Below, piece after piece: positions 10,088-20,699 of a stretch of 64,000 nucleotides of DNA. The translations under genes were made by a program, and so were the position numbers. Each line of letters begins with the position of its first letter. The stretch's first letter is position 1. Source of the stretch: Parcubacteria group bacterium. GTDB lineage: Bacteria > Patescibacteriota > Minisyncoccia > Moranbacterales > GCA-2747515. The stretch spans positions 10,098 through 74,097 of the forward strand of contig JBAZXC010000004.1 of the NCBI GenBank assembly GCA_041660065.1, read 5' to 3'. The notes beneath the pieces were generated by a model. That model did not search any database. It was not told where the DNA came from and saw only the letters and a list, made by a program, of their open reading frames with translations.

Positions 10088-10366
10088 TTATTTAGTCTTT
10101 TTATATACCGTTGCGAGCCATCTTTTTTTGATCAAGCCTCCTGTGATCGTGGATAAGAGAAATCCAATCGTTGGGACAATCGCATTGATGAACGGTCGTG
10201 AAAGATTTGCAGAGAAGAAAAAAATCACAACGACAGTATATGTAAGGCAAACGATCATGCATTTGCGCGCCAAACTCGTTTCCCATGCTTTATCTGCTTC
10301 AACACGTTGATTGCGTTTTTTGATCTCTTCAATTTCGTGAGAAAGTTCTTCTGGTGTTAAGCTCAT
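10088..10366 (-). CDS. small membrane protein
   Basis: RNQRVEADKAWETS followed by two TM segments. Confidence 0.65.
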   Translation of the reverse strand: MSLTPEELSHEIEEIKKRNQRVEADKAWETSLARKCMIVCLTYTVVVIFFFSANLSRPFINAIVPTIGFLLSTITGGLIKKRWLATVYKKTK

Positions 10367-10381
10367 ATTTTTTATGAATTA

Positions 10382-11140
10382 TTATGAAACATTTGCTGAT
10401 GTTTTGATGCCAATCCTTCCACTGCGATCGATTCGATTGAGTAGAATTGGACAATTTTTGAAATACTCATCTACAGCTTTCTGCGATCCTGCCCAATCCC
10501 CATAATCATCAATGATCAAAACGCCGTGAGAGGTTAATAGAGGGTAAAGGTGTATCAATTCATGTTTGGTGGATTTATACCAATCAGTATCAAGGTGAAG
10601 CAATGCAATGTAAAGAGGAATATTTTGGGGAATTGTATCTTCCACTATGCCCTTGATGTAGATGATCTGTGATTTTGAATACTGTGTTGCATCCATATTT
10701 TTCTGTACTTCATCCAACGAGGCATAACACCATTTGTTGTGATCACCCTTTTCTTTCTTGCGCCATTTTGTGATCGCGCGCTGAGATGGTTGCAATAATT
10801 TGAAATCATGTGCTTCCGGCTTTGTCATGCCCTCAAATGTGTCATAGAGATAGATTTTTCTGTCTTGGACACCGAGATCGAGTAATGTGCGCGCAATCAG
10901 CATAGCACTCCCGCCTTTCCATACGCCACATTCCACAAAATCTCCTAGAATATTATTATGAACGATATATTGTACGGCCTTGTATAGAGCATACATACGT
11001 TCTTTTGATGTCAATGTGTATGGCTTGCAAGCAGTATAGATGGATATGAATTTTCCATCACGGTCAATGATTGGATCATATTTTTTTACAATGTGGACGC
11101 CAAGCAATGATGTAATGCGATGAATGAGTTTTTTTATCAT
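10382..11140 (-). CDS. TylF/MycF-family O-methyltransferase
   Basis: GDFVECGVWKGGS, LYDTFEGM, LHLDTDWYKST and IIDDYG motifs. Confidence 0.92.
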   Translation of the reverse strand: MIKKLIHRITSLLGVHIVKKYDPIIDRDGKFISIYTACKPYTLTSKERMYALYKAVQYIVHNNILGDFVECGVWKGGSAMLIARTLLDLGVQDRKIYLYDTFEGMTKPEAHDFKLLQPSQRAITKWRKKEKGDHNKWCYASLDEVQKNMDATQYSKSQIIYIKGIVEDTIPQNIPLYIALLHLDTDWYKSTKHELIHLYPLLTSHGVLIIDDYGDWAGSQKAVDEYFKNCPILLNRIDRSGRIGIKTSANVS

Positions 11141-11146
11141 TATTTT

Positions 11147-11710
11147 TTATTTATTTTTATTATATTCTGCGACAACGTTAGGGTGTTTCATTTTGTACTG
11201 CTCAGAAAAAGTGCATGTGTCCATACAATCGGGTGTCCATGTTCGCAACGGCGTACCAACCTCTCTCTCAAGCCAATCACTGTAAGTATCATTCCCAAAT
11301 ATGACATCGATTGTATACATATATCCCGTTGTATTTTGACCTTCCGTGTTCTTGACGATCGATATGGATAGAGGAGTCGTTGATTCAGATTCTAATGCGT
11401 AATCAATATAGGGATTGATGATCCGCGTGAGTAAGTCTTCCTTTTCTTGTTCTGTGAATGTAGCTGGCTTGAAAACGATAACCGGTTTTGACGCAGAGAT
11501 TTTTTCAATCGTTGTATTTTCTGCAGGAGCAACAGGATCTTTTTGCACATTTTTTTCCTGCGTAGGAAGAGCTTTTTTAGGCTCGGCAATTTGTTTTTGA
11601 GCGGAATCCGCACCTTTTGCACATCGTTCTTTTTGCCACAGGTATATACCGCTTCCAGTTAGAATAGCAGTGAGAAGGATGATGCTGATCATGCCAAATA
11701 TTTTTTTCAT
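11147..11710 (-). CDS. membrane-anchored hypothetical protein
   Basis: N-terminal TM, low-complexity linker, C-terminal WTPDCMDTC. Confidence 0.65.
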   Translation of the reverse strand: MKKIFGMISIILLTAILTGSGIYLWQKERCAKGADSAQKQIAEPKKALPTQEKNVQKDPVAPAENTTIEKISASKPVIVFKPATFTEQEKEDLLTRIINPYIDYALESESTTPLSISIVKNTEGQNTTGYMYTIDVIFGNDTYSDWLEREVGTPLRTWTPDCMDTCTFSEQYKMKHPNVVAEYNKNK

Positions 11711-11728
11711 ATAGTTGATTATTATTTT

Positions 11729-12286
11729 TTATGTAAGGAGGATCATTGCTGCTTCATAGCGCGGACGGATCAATTCTTTGGATTTTTCAAAATGCAGTTG
11801 CATCCACTTTCTTTCTAATTTTTGTCGTACGGATTGTTGCGCAGAGCCTTGGTCCAGATTTTCATAGATAAATGCCGCTTTGAAAATACCGGAAATATTA
11901 TCAAAAGCGCTTAGTGTATCCGCTTCTGCGACAATTTGTTCTTCAATTGTGCGACGATCATTTTTTTGCGACCCTCTGTGGTTGAAGATACATTGTTTGA
12001 TGAGAGCGATCTTTTCATCTGGATAATGCAGTTCGCGCAGTTTTGTCTCGGCGATTGTTGCTCCGGTAACATGATGATCCGTGCGACCGTGCACGATCGA
12101 CCCAATGTCATGCAACCATGCCGCGAGAATGATTACTTCTTTATCGCCACCAATCTCGTCTGCCAGTTGTGTGGCATAGCGTACCATTGGAATGAAGTGA
12201 AAGAGAAATGGCTCATAGCCATAGTGACTACTTGGTTTTTTGCACTCCCCTTCGACAAAATTCTTCACCTCCTCGACGATATTCAT
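11729..12286 (-). CDS. HD-domain protein
   Basis: AAWLHDIG, DHHVTGA, NHRG and EADTLS motifs. Confidence 0.85.
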   Translation of the reverse strand: MNIVEEVKNFVEGECKKPSSHYGYEPFLFHFIPMVRYATQLADEIGGDKEVIILAAWLHDIGSIVHGRTDHHVTGATIAETKLRELHYPDEKIALIKQCIFNHRGSQKNDRRTIEEQIVAEADTLSAFDNISGIFKAAFIYENLDQGSAQQSVRQKLERKWMQLHFEKSKELIRPRYEAAMILLT

Positions 12287-12538
12287 AGGATAAATTTCTT
12301 AGAAAAAACGGTAAATGACGCATGTCTCCAGTATAATGTCATGGCAGAAATATGCAATTGGCAAGAACGATCAATCCACACGATATTACTACGCTCTAGT
12401 GCGTGGTGATAAGTGGGGACTTTTTGGGCTCTTAGATTTTTGGCGATAATATTTGACATACGGCGGTCATTTATTGCCAAAAGAGAATAAACGTGATACT
12501 CTGCAGTTTACGTTACATAATATTTTGATCGTGAAAGA

Positions 12539-13126
12539 GTGATGGAGATCGCTGACGCACAATTTGTTAGAGGTGTGATAGGCTCGCATAATTTACTTGT
12601 GGATGAAAAGCCACAAGTGTCTTTTATCGGTCGATCCAATGTGGGAAAGTCTAGCGTGATCAATATGCTTGTGGGGCAAAAATCCCTTGTGCGATCCTCA
12701 TCAAGTCCGGGCAAAACGCAAGAGATCAACTTCTTTCTCATTAATGAGAATATGTATTTTGTGGATCTCCCAGGATATGGATATGCCAAGATGGGTGTCA
12801 AATATCGGGAGAAATTGCGGAAGTTGATCCTCTGGTACCTTATCAGCGGAGAGGCGCCTGTAGCGCTTGCTGTGCTCATTATTGATGCAAAGGCGGGCTT
12901 GCGGGAATTTGATCGCGAGATGATCGCTGTGCTAAGCGAATATAGGCATCCGTTTATGATCGTTGCCAACAAGATCGACAAACTCAATCAAAAAGATCTG
13001 TATCGATCGCTGACTGATATTTCTGCGGAAATCGGGGAAGGTGTGGTCGTTGTGCCGTTCAGTGCGCGAACAGGTAGAGGTAAAGATAAAGTCTTACATG
13101 CGATTGAGCAAGCGATCAAAAGGTAG
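12539..13126 (+). CDS. engB: ribosome biogenesis GTPase EngB/YsxC
   Basis: GRSNVGKSS, PGKTQEINFF, DLPGYGYA and NKIDK motifs. Confidence 0.95.
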   Translation: MMEIADAQFVRGVIGSHNLLVDEKPQVSFIGRSNVGKSSVINMLVGQKSLVRSSSSPGKTQEINFFLINENMYFVDLPGYGYAKMGVKYREKLRKLILWYLISGEAPVALAVLIIDAKAGLREFDREMIAVLSEYRHPFMIVANKIDKLNQKDLYRSLTDISAEIGEGVVVVPFSARTGRGKDKVLHAIEQAIKR

Positions 13127-13142
13127 TATTTGTTGAAATGAG

Positions 13143-14477
13143 TTAAAGCACATCTTGTGATGTGTTTTTTGTTTTGAAAAAGAGCCCGATGCATAACGCA
13201 CAGAAAAGGATACCAAAATGGGATGACCATGTCCAATGATCAAAGAGAGACGTAATGCATAGCACAACAAAGATCAGTGCGTATGTGACGCGAAGTGGTG
13301 ATTGCCAGAAATTTTTGTGATACAGCGTGGCAATACAATAGACCAATGTGCACACGAGCATAATACATCCGATCATGCCGATTTCCGCACAGGCGAGAAT
13401 ATACGCATTGTGTACCGGTTGGAAATACCAGATGGGGTGCGATGCGTGATATGTGTTGTAGGCAGCGTTTGTGTAGTTGCCAATACCTGTGCCGATGAGT
13501 GGATGCTCGGTGATAAGCGTGCGTGCGTGCGTTAAATATACCCCTCGGTCATTGAATGAATTGTGTGTTAAGAGTGTATCATGTGCGATGCGTGTAAAAA
13601 AAAGATATCCAAAAAAGATCGTGCAGATCGCGGCAGTGGCGGGTATTGTGATGAATGGCGCAATGAGAACAGAACGTTTTTTAGTATGTAGAAAAAAGAA
13701 TATGAAAAGAATGCAAAGACTAATAACAGCAGTGATCCACGCAGTGCGAGAAAAAGTCACAATGAGTCCCAGTGTTAAAATACCACACGCGAGCAGTGAA
13801 AGAATTCTAAATAGAGGCGTTTTATTTTTAGTTGTGACATAAAGTGTAATTGTAAGAAGAAGTGTAGCGATCAATAAGCCTCCGAGCATGTTTGGGTGGG
13901 GCATGCCTCCATAGGCGCGCAACCAACGTTCACCATTTGATGTAATCGTGGCTGTACCACCCCAGATAATATCGTGTACTTGCATGCCAAGATAGGTGTT
14001 GGCAAAAGTGTTTTGTGTGAAAAATTGGTAGGCGCCAAAAAGTGCTTGCATACATGCACTCAAGATCAATGCTATTGTCACATGTTGCAATGAAAAGGGC
14101 ACAATCCAGAGTAAGGTGGTTAGGTCAATCGCACAGGACACAAGCAGCGCATGATAAAATGCAAGCGTGGGATCATTTGCCCATAGAATTGATGCAAACA
14201 GCCAAAAATCGAGAAATAAGAGAGAAATGATCATTTTTCTGTGTTGTGTGATCCATTCCAATATGATATCTGTATGACAATACAGACTTGAACATAGCCA
14301 TGCAATCAAAAAAACATCAGAAAGATAGATGCCAATTGTGCCATATTGCCATTTGTCGCTACCAAAAAAAACTTCTCGCACGATCCAAATCGTCTGCCAT
14401 GGAAGTAGAAAGGCAAATATGTAAAGAAAGATGTTATGAAATTTTTGTAGAGTATTATGGTGCATGACTGCATACAT
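13143..14477 (-). CDS. O-antigen ligase family membrane protein
   Basis: Multi-TM; RAYGGMPHPN, TFSRTAW, GTGIGNY and PVHNAY motifs. Confidence 0.85.
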   Translation of the reverse strand: MYAVMHHNTLQKFHNIFLYIFAFLLPWQTIWIVREVFFGSDKWQYGTIGIYLSDVFLIAWLCSSLYCHTDIILEWITQHRKMIISLLFLDFWLFASILWANDPTLAFYHALLVSCAIDLTTLLWIVPFSLQHVTIALILSACMQALFGAYQFFTQNTFANTYLGMQVHDIIWGGTATITSNGERWLRAYGGMPHPNMLGGLLIATLLLTITLYVTTKNKTPLFRILSLLACGILTLGLIVTFSRTAWITAVISLCILFIFFFLHTKKRSVLIAPFITIPATAAICTIFFGYLFFTRIAHDTLLTHNSFNDRGVYLTHARTLITEHPLIGTGIGNYTNAAYNTYHASHPIWYFQPVHNAYILACAEIGMIGCIMLVCTLVYCIATLYHKNFWQSPLRVTYALIFVVLCITSLFDHWTWSSHFGILFCALCIGLFFKTKNTSQDVL

Positions 14478-14512
14478 TAGCTATTGTGCGGTCATTCTAA
14501 CACAAGATTATC

Positions 14513-15640
14513 TCAATAGACAATTACCGGCGTGCCGATATCTGCCCAATCATAGACTTTTTTTGCTGGCCCGACGCCTAAGCGCATGCAACCGTGTGAT
14601 ACGGGGATGCCGAGGTGATTTTGCCCCTCTTTGTAGCCACCTGGCCATTCAGGCAATTCATGAATGCCATATTTACCGTCACCGGTGATTGCCATCCAAA
14701 ACGGCATATAGAGACCATACTGTTTGGACCATGGGCGAGGATTTTTGTTGTAAACTCTGTGTGTCCCTTTTGGCGTGGGCATGCCCGCTTTGCCGGATGA
14801 GATCAAATATGAATCAATGATTCTTCCATTTTCAAAAGTGGTCATGATCTGTGTGGCGAGATTGACGTCGATATATTTTCCGGTTTTTATTTGTGCGACT
14901 GTGAATTTTTTGGCCTGCTCCACACGTTCTTGGAGATTTTCCGCCCATGTTTTTGGTTTTGGGGCAAGCGTTGTAAATGATGTAGTGTGAATTGTCGTGT
15001 AAGTATCATCAGGTGCGTTCAGTGCCTTTGACCGAATAGTGAGAGTATATCTTGTACCATCAGCGAGAGGTTTTTGGGGTAGGATGTCAAATTGTGTTTT
15101 CCGTTCATTATTTTGGTATTTGACATCAATGGGCGGATCAAGTTGAAAATCAATGTAAAAACCTTCCGTGGATTTATCAAATTGGATCGTAATCGGATCT
15201 TCGATGTCAAGACGCACATCTACGGCACCGGTTGCAGGGACAACGTCGATAACTTGTGGCCGTGCACTAATCGAAAAAACAAACTGCGCGCTGTCAATTG
15301 GCATGAAATTTGTCGCGCGTCCGGCAGGAAGATCTAACGTGTAGGCCTGTCCGATTGTCCATGTTGTTGTTGGTGTGAGGGTGATCTGAGTATGATCATT
15401 GTTGATCACGGCAGTCATCGGTGTACGTGGAGAAAGATCGAGATTGCTCTGATAGTATTTTATATCAATTGGTTTATCAAATTGGATCGTGAATGGATCT
15501 GATGGGAGAAGTACCTGTCCCGTTTTTGGCGCTAACGGTGTAATGACAAAAGATGGAGAGTAGGCGTAAATATAAACACCCGTCAATAGTGTCGGCAACA
15601 AAAAAAGGATAAAAAAGAAGGTTTGTTTTATTTTTTTCAT
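14513..15640 (-). CDS. L,D-transpeptidase with Ig-like (Big_5) domains
   Basis: N-terminal TM, Ig-like repeats, C-terminal ISSGK...GIHE...SHGCMRL. Confidence 0.88.
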   Translation of the reverse strand: MKKIKQTFFFILFLLPTLLTGVYIYAYSPSFVITPLAPKTGQVLLPSDPFTIQFDKPIDIKYYQSNLDLSPRTPMTAVINNDHTQITLTPTTTWTIGQAYTLDLPAGRATNFMPIDSAQFVFSISARPQVIDVVPATGAVDVRLDIEDPITIQFDKSTEGFYIDFQLDPPIDVKYQNNERKTQFDILPQKPLADGTRYTLTIRSKALNAPDDTYTTIHTTSFTTLAPKPKTWAENLQERVEQAKKFTVAQIKTGKYIDVNLATQIMTTFENGRIIDSYLISSGKAGMPTPKGTHRVYNKNPRPWSKQYGLYMPFWMAITGDGKYGIHELPEWPGGYKEGQNHLGIPVSHGCMRLGVGPAKKVYDWADIGTPVIVY

Positions 15641-15674
15641 AATTTTTTTTTGTATCAGTTTTGTAGTCAATTTC

Positions 15675-16406
15675 TTATTCTCTTGCAATTACTATAGCAT
15701 AAATATTTCCAGCACCGGAATTTTTGAGAACTGTGGCACATGCGGTGATTGTTGCGCCAGTGGTCATGATGTCGTCAACGAGAAGGATATTTTTTCCGCG
15801 AATGAGTGATGGGTCATGTACGGCAAATGCATTATGAACATTATCTTCACGACTTTCTTTGTCACGCATGGTCACTTGGGGATGTGTGTAGCGTATACGT
15901 TTCAGTATATCAGTATTGAGAGGGATGTGTAAGTCCAAGGATCGTGCAATTTCTTCTGCCTGATTGAATCCTCGCCAGCGTAAACGTCGTGCATGAAGTG
16001 GAATGGGGATGATCAGATCAGGTGCGGGGAAGTGTGAATTGTGGAGAGCTTGCGCCATAAGAAGTGCAAGAGGGTGAGAAAGGTCTTTTACAAAACGATA
16101 TTTGAAATAGTGGATCATTTTACGCACCAAGGGATCTTTGAAATATGATGCGACAAAAACACCGTCGTAGGGCGGATTATGCTTCTCCATACATGCAAAA
16201 CATACATCACCATTGGCGGTGACGTTTTTTTTGCATAGAGGACAATGTTGCTCAACGATGATAGGCAGTGTGCTATGACACTGCGTGCAAATCCAGTGGT
16301 CAAAAGTTTTGCATCGCAAACATTGGATGGGGAAAAGTGAATCGAGAAATGCTTTCCAGGTGAGGAAAAGCATGGCATAAGTTTTATGACAAAGTGATCG
16401 TATCAT
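15675..16406 (-). CDS. comF: ComF family competence protein
   Basis: Double zinc ribbon, PIPLH..RLRWRGFNQA, LLVDDIMTTGAT. Confidence 0.9.
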   Translation of the reverse strand: MIRSLCHKTYAMLFLTWKAFLDSLFPIQCLRCKTFDHWICTQCHSTLPIIVEQHCPLCKKNVTANGDVCFACMEKHNPPYDGVFVASYFKDPLVRKMIHYFKYRFVKDLSHPLALLMAQALHNSHFPAPDLIIPIPLHARRLRWRGFNQAEEIARSLDLHIPLNTDILKRIRYTHPQVTMRDKESREDNVHNAFAVHDPSLIRGKNILLVDDIMTTGATITACATVLKNSGAGNIYAIVIARE

Positions 16407-18813
16407 TGGTGTAATCGAGGATTATTTTTTTCACACGGGGGTGCGTGATCACATGGTGTGCGATCATGCTCTCGATCTCTTCTTGAATAATTTGACGTAT
16501 ACCGCGTGCGCCGTCATTTTTTGTGTATGCTTGCTCGGCAATATGTGCAATAACATGTGGCTTCACAGAAAGAGTGATGGAACGTTTTTTGAGACGATCT
16601 GCGAGATGTCCAAATGCAATACGTGTGATCTTTTGCAGTTCTTTTTGTGATAATTGATGAAATACGATGATATGATCCAATCGTGACAACAATTCCGGTG
16701 GGAGAATATCTTTTGTCGATTCTAGGATCTTTTGCGACAAAATAGCATGTGATGCGTGTGTCGATTTATCAAAACCAAGCTTTTTTTCACGAGTGAGAGA
16801 TGTACTACCGGCATTGGATGTAAGGATGATGATCGTATTTTTGAAATTGATCACACGTCCGCTTGCATCTGTCAGTGTACCATCTTCCAATATTTGCAAA
16901 AGGATATTGAACACATCGGGATGTGCTTTTTCAATCTCGTCAAAGAGAACGACACTATGTGGATTTCGACGCACTTTTTCTGTCAGTGTGCCACCTTCAC
17001 CATACCCAATATATCCGGCGGGAGCGCCGAGAAGCTTGGATGTGTGGTGGCGTTCCATGAGTTCGCTCATATCAACACGGATGAGGGATCGTGCGTCATA
17101 AAGTTCTGTGGCAAGCGTTTGTGCCGTAAAAGTTTTGCCGGTACCTGTGGATCCGAGAAAAAGAAATGACCCGTGGGGACGATTGGGATTGCTTAAACCG
17201 CTTGCAGATCGGATCAAAGTATCGGCAATTTTTTTGATTGCATGATCTTGTCCAATGATGGTCTGTGATAATTTTTTTTGCGCGGTAATAATGTGTGCGT
17301 CTGCATGTTGGAGGAGCTTGTTTTTTGGGATGCCTGTATTAACCGCGATCGTATGAGCGACATCGTCGATGGTCATGAGGGGCTGATCTTTGATCGCGCG
17401 ATCTTTGAGAAGTGCACGCGTGTCTTTGATCTCTTGTGTGAGAGCATCTTCCACCTCTCGCATCTTGGAAGCATCGTCATATTTTTCTGCATGGACAAAT
17501 GTGGATTTTTGTGCGGAAATTTCTTTCAGATCGTTTTCCAAAGAAATCACTTGTTTTTGGATGTCATTTTTTTTGCGTGATGTGCACAGACGTGCAGCAG
17601 TTTCATCGAGGAGATCGATCGCTTTATCCGGAAAGAATTGTTCCGGTAGGTAACGATCGCTGAATTGCACGATTGCGTCAATCGTTTCATCAGGCACTTG
17701 CACGCCGTGATGTTTCTCGTAGGTCTGTTTGATGCCGTGTAAAATCGTTTTTGCATCGCGCGCTGTCGGTTCGGTGAGGATCACTTTCTGAAAACGGCGT
17801 ACAAGGGCAGGATCTTTTTCAATATGCTTTTTGTATTCACCGAGAGTGGTGGCGCCAATGATGCGGATATTGCCACGTGAAAGTGCCGGCTTTAAAATAT
17901 TTGCCGCATCAAGACTGCCACCAGTGTTACCTGTGCCGATAATAGTGTGAATTTCATCGATGAACAAAATGATGTTCTCATTTTCTTGTGCTTCTGTGAT
18001 AATGCTTTTGAGACGTTGTTCAAATTCACCGCGAAAACTTGTGCCGGCAACGAGAAGTGTAAGGTCAAGAGTGATAATTTCTTTTCCATAAAGATAGTGT
18101 GGTGCATCAGGGCTTTTGGCGAGATGTGCGATGTGTTCAATTATTGCCGTTTTTCCAATGCCGGGCTCGCCGATGATGAGGGGATTGTTTTTAATGCGAC
18201 GTCCGAGAATTGTGACAATACGTTCAATATCAGATCGTCGACCGACAAATGGTTCCGGTTGTTGGTCGGCAATATTTGTACAGAAGTGTTCCAAGGCGGA
18301 CTCCGTGTTGGTATCGCGTTCTCCATTCATCAATGCGGCGAGATTTTCAATACCAAAAAGTCCGGCATTCTGATTGATCGTGTAGGGATTTTGGTTGGGA
18401 TTCTTTTTGGGCTTTGCTTTGTTGAGGATCGTTTGCACGGCAGGATATTTTGTATTCAGAAGTGCGTAGATCAAATGTTCCGTGCCAACATAGACATAGC
18501 CAAACTCTGCGGCAAGGGCATGCGCGTCCGTGATAATCTTTTTGAGAGCGTGGGATGAGCGCACTTTTGAGAGGATTTTTTTTGGCGTTAATTTTTGCGC
18601 AAAGATCTCCTTTTCAAAGATCTCTTTGTTCAAGCCGATGTTGGAGAGAATGGTCGCGCCGACACTGCCACGCTCAAGAAATACGCCATACAAAAGATGT
18701 TCAGGACGAACTTCCGTCGCATCATGCGCGCTTGCAATTTTTTCTGCATGAGAGATGCTTTTGCGTGCGTGCAGGGTAAGTTTATTTGTAATAGAGGAAT
18801 GTGCTTTTTTCAT
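16384..18813 (-). CDS. clpC: ATP-dependent Clp protease ATP-binding subunit
   Basis: Clp-N repeats, GEPGIGKT, FIDEIH, UVR coil, GSTGTGKT, FDEIEKAHPDV. Confidence 0.92.
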   Translation of the reverse strand: MKKAHSSITNKLTLHARKSISHAEKIASAHDATEVRPEHLLYGVFLERGSVGATILSNIGLNKEIFEKEIFAQKLTPKKILSKVRSSHALKKIITDAHALAAEFGYVYVGTEHLIYALLNTKYPAVQTILNKAKPKKNPNQNPYTINQNAGLFGIENLAALMNGERDTNTESALEHFCTNIADQQPEPFVGRRSDIERIVTILGRRIKNNPLIIGEPGIGKTAIIEHIAHLAKSPDAPHYLYGKEIITLDLTLLVAGTSFRGEFEQRLKSIITEAQENENIILFIDEIHTIIGTGNTGGSLDAANILKPALSRGNIRIIGATTLGEYKKHIEKDPALVRRFQKVILTEPTARDAKTILHGIKQTYEKHHGVQVPDETIDAIVQFSDRYLPEQFFPDKAIDLLDETAARLCTSRKKNDIQKQVISLENDLKEISAQKSTFVHAEKYDDASKMREVEDALTQEIKDTRALLKDRAIKDQPLMTIDDVAHTIAVNTGIPKNKLLQHADAHIITAQKKLSQTIIGQDHAIKKIADTLIRSASGLSNPNRPHGSFLFLGSTGTGKTFTAQTLATELYDARSLIRVDMSELMERHHTSKLLGAPAGYIGYGEGGTLTEKVRRNPHSVVLFDEIEKAHPDVFNILLQILEDGTLTDASGRVINFKNTIIILTSNAGSTSLTREKKLGFDKSTHASHAILSQKILESTKDILPPELLSRLDHIIVFHQLSQKELQKITRIAFGHLADRLKKRSITLSVKPHVIAHIAEQAYTKNDGARGIRQIIQEEIESMIAHHVITHPRVKKIILDYTNDTITLS

Positions 18814-18906
18814 GAAAATTATAACAAAATGTCTATATATAATATTCTATTATGTACGTATTTTGTATATTTTGTCAACACAATTGTCCGCGAGTCTAAA
18901 AACCTC

Positions 18907-19014
18907 TGTCATTCCCGTGAAAACGGGAATCTAATAGCATCCACTTGTCGCATATAGAATACTTCTGGATTCCCGTTCCCCGATTTCTCGAGGACAAGCT
19001 TCACGGGAATGACA
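18907..19014. repeat. REP doublet (TGTCATTCCCG family)
   Basis: TGTCATTCCCGTGAAAACGGGAATCT ... GGATTCCCG...CACGGGAATGACA in inverted orientation; the right arm is matched at 33948-33993. Confidence 0.75.
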
Positions 19015-19117
19015 AATGATTGTAAGTAGGAAATATTGGAATAATTGATCTAAACACTTCATCTAATTTTCTAAAAAACAAAAACAACATCTGTGATAGA
19101 TGCTGTTTTTAAAATTT

Positions 19118-19681
19118 TTATTCTTGGGATTTGCCGACGTAGTCGCCGCGGTCTGTGTTGATGATGATGCGGTCGCCTGTTTCGATAAAGAGTGGCGTGG
19201 TAACTTGCGCGCCAGTTTCCACTGTCACAAGTTTATCTCCACCGGATTGTGTATCACCCTTGAGTCCGGGAGGTGCTTCCGTGACAGTGAGTGTGACTTT
19301 GACCGGAAGTTCGATATTGATCGGATTGCCGTTAAAATTGAGCATGGTGACTTCCAATCCTTCGGTGAGATAATATGGCGCGTCACCGATCACGCTTTTG
19401 TTGAGAGGAAATTGATCATACGTATCGTTGTCCATGAAATAATACTGGTCGCTATCAACATAGAGATACTGGGCTTTTGATTTGGTGATGTCAGCCTCTT
19501 TGACTTTGTCAGCACCTTGAAATGTCTTGTCCATGACAGCACCGTTCATGAGATTTTTGAGCTTTGTGCGAAGCACGGCGCCGGCACGTCCCATTTTGGA
19601 ATGTTCGCTTGTCACGACGACGTAGGGCGCATTGTCCAAAACGATTCTTTTGCCGACTTTGATATCGCTGATGTTTAACAT
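19118..19681 (-). CDS. efp: elongation factor P
   Basis: HSKMGRAGAVLRTKLKNL, PGLKGDT and TPLFIETGD motifs. Confidence 0.95.
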   Translation of the reverse strand: MLNISDIKVGKRIVLDNAPYVVVTSEHSKMGRAGAVLRTKLKNLMNGAVMDKTFQGADKVKEADITKSKAQYLYVDSDQYYFMDNDTYDQFPLNKSVIGDAPYYLTEGLEVTMLNFNGNPINIELPVKVTLTVTEAPPGLKGDTQSGGDKLVTVETGAQVTTPLFIETGDRIIINTDRGDYVGKSQE

Positions 19682-19800
19682 AAGATTTAGTTTTTTAGTT
19701 TGTAAGTCTTGTCGCGCCGAAAGTGAACAAAAAGTTTATACCTGTCAGCAGTGCTTTTGCACACGCATGCAGGTATAAACTTTTATCTCTCGACTTTTTA

Positions 19801-20007
19801 CTAGTTGACCGTGAATGGGAGAAGTGCCATGTGCCGCGCACACTTTACAGCGCGTGCGATTTGGCGCTGGGAATATGCATCAACATTATATCTTTTTGGA
19901 GGATAGATCTTTGCTTGTGAATTGAGAAATCGACGGAGGAAAATACTGTCTTTGTAGTCGAGTGTGTCGTAGGTCTTATCACCGATACGAATTTTGCGTT
20001 TTGCCAT
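19801..20007 (-). CDS. rpsR: 30S ribosomal protein S18
   Basis: LDYKD..FLRRFL...KIYP...QRQIARAVKCARHMALLPF. Confidence 0.95.
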   Translation of the reverse strand: MAKRKIRIGDKTYDTLDYKDSIFLRRFLNSQAKIYPPKRYNVDAYSQRQIARAVKCARHMALLPFTVN

Positions 20008-20157
20008 ATAAAGTAGTTTTAAAGTTATAAAGTTTCAGCCAACGGCTGATCCGCCTTTGGCGGAATAAAGTTTTTAAAGTTAAAAGTTTTTAAAGTTATA
20101 AAGTCGTACAGTTATTTGCGCATGTTACTTTATAAACTTTTTACTCTCAACTTTCCA

Positions 20158-20642
20158 CTAAAATGGGACATCTTCGATTTTGATCTCGTCTTGTTCGTCA
20201 TCAAGGTTGATCGTGGGGATCTCGTCATCTTTTTTGGGTTTGGTTTTTGAGAAGAAACGGGAGCACGGTTTTGTGATCCGCCACTATAGCTACTTTGACT
20301 TCCGCTACCGGCCGGTTTTGCTCCGAACTCAAATTTTTCCAAGACGATCTCTGTCTTATACATTTTTTTGCCACTGTCTTTATCATCCCAGTTACGTGTC
20401 TCAAGGCGGCCTTCAACATAGATCTCTTGTCCTTTGGTAAAGTATTGTCCAATCACTTCAGCTTGCTTTCCCCATGCAACGACATTGTGAAATTCTGTCT
20501 TCTCTTGTTTTTGTCCGCCCTGATCTTTCCATTGTGTAGAGGTCGCAACAGAGAGATTTGCGACTGTTTGTCCGCTTTGTGTTGTGCGCATTTCCGGATC
20601 ACGGACGAGGCGTCCGACGATGATGGCTTTGTTGACGTTCAT
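20158..20642 (-). CDS. ssb: single-stranded DNA-binding protein, frameshifted at the A6 run 20230-20235
   Basis: MNVNKAIIVGRLVRDPEMR...TEFHNVVAWG; the acidic tail DDEIPTINLDDEQDEIKIEDVPF* lies in the -1 frame ending at 20158. Confidence 0.9.
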
Positions 20643-20699
20643 AATTTTGGTATTAATGATCATGACCACATGATGTCATGATGTGTAAAATTAGATTAT

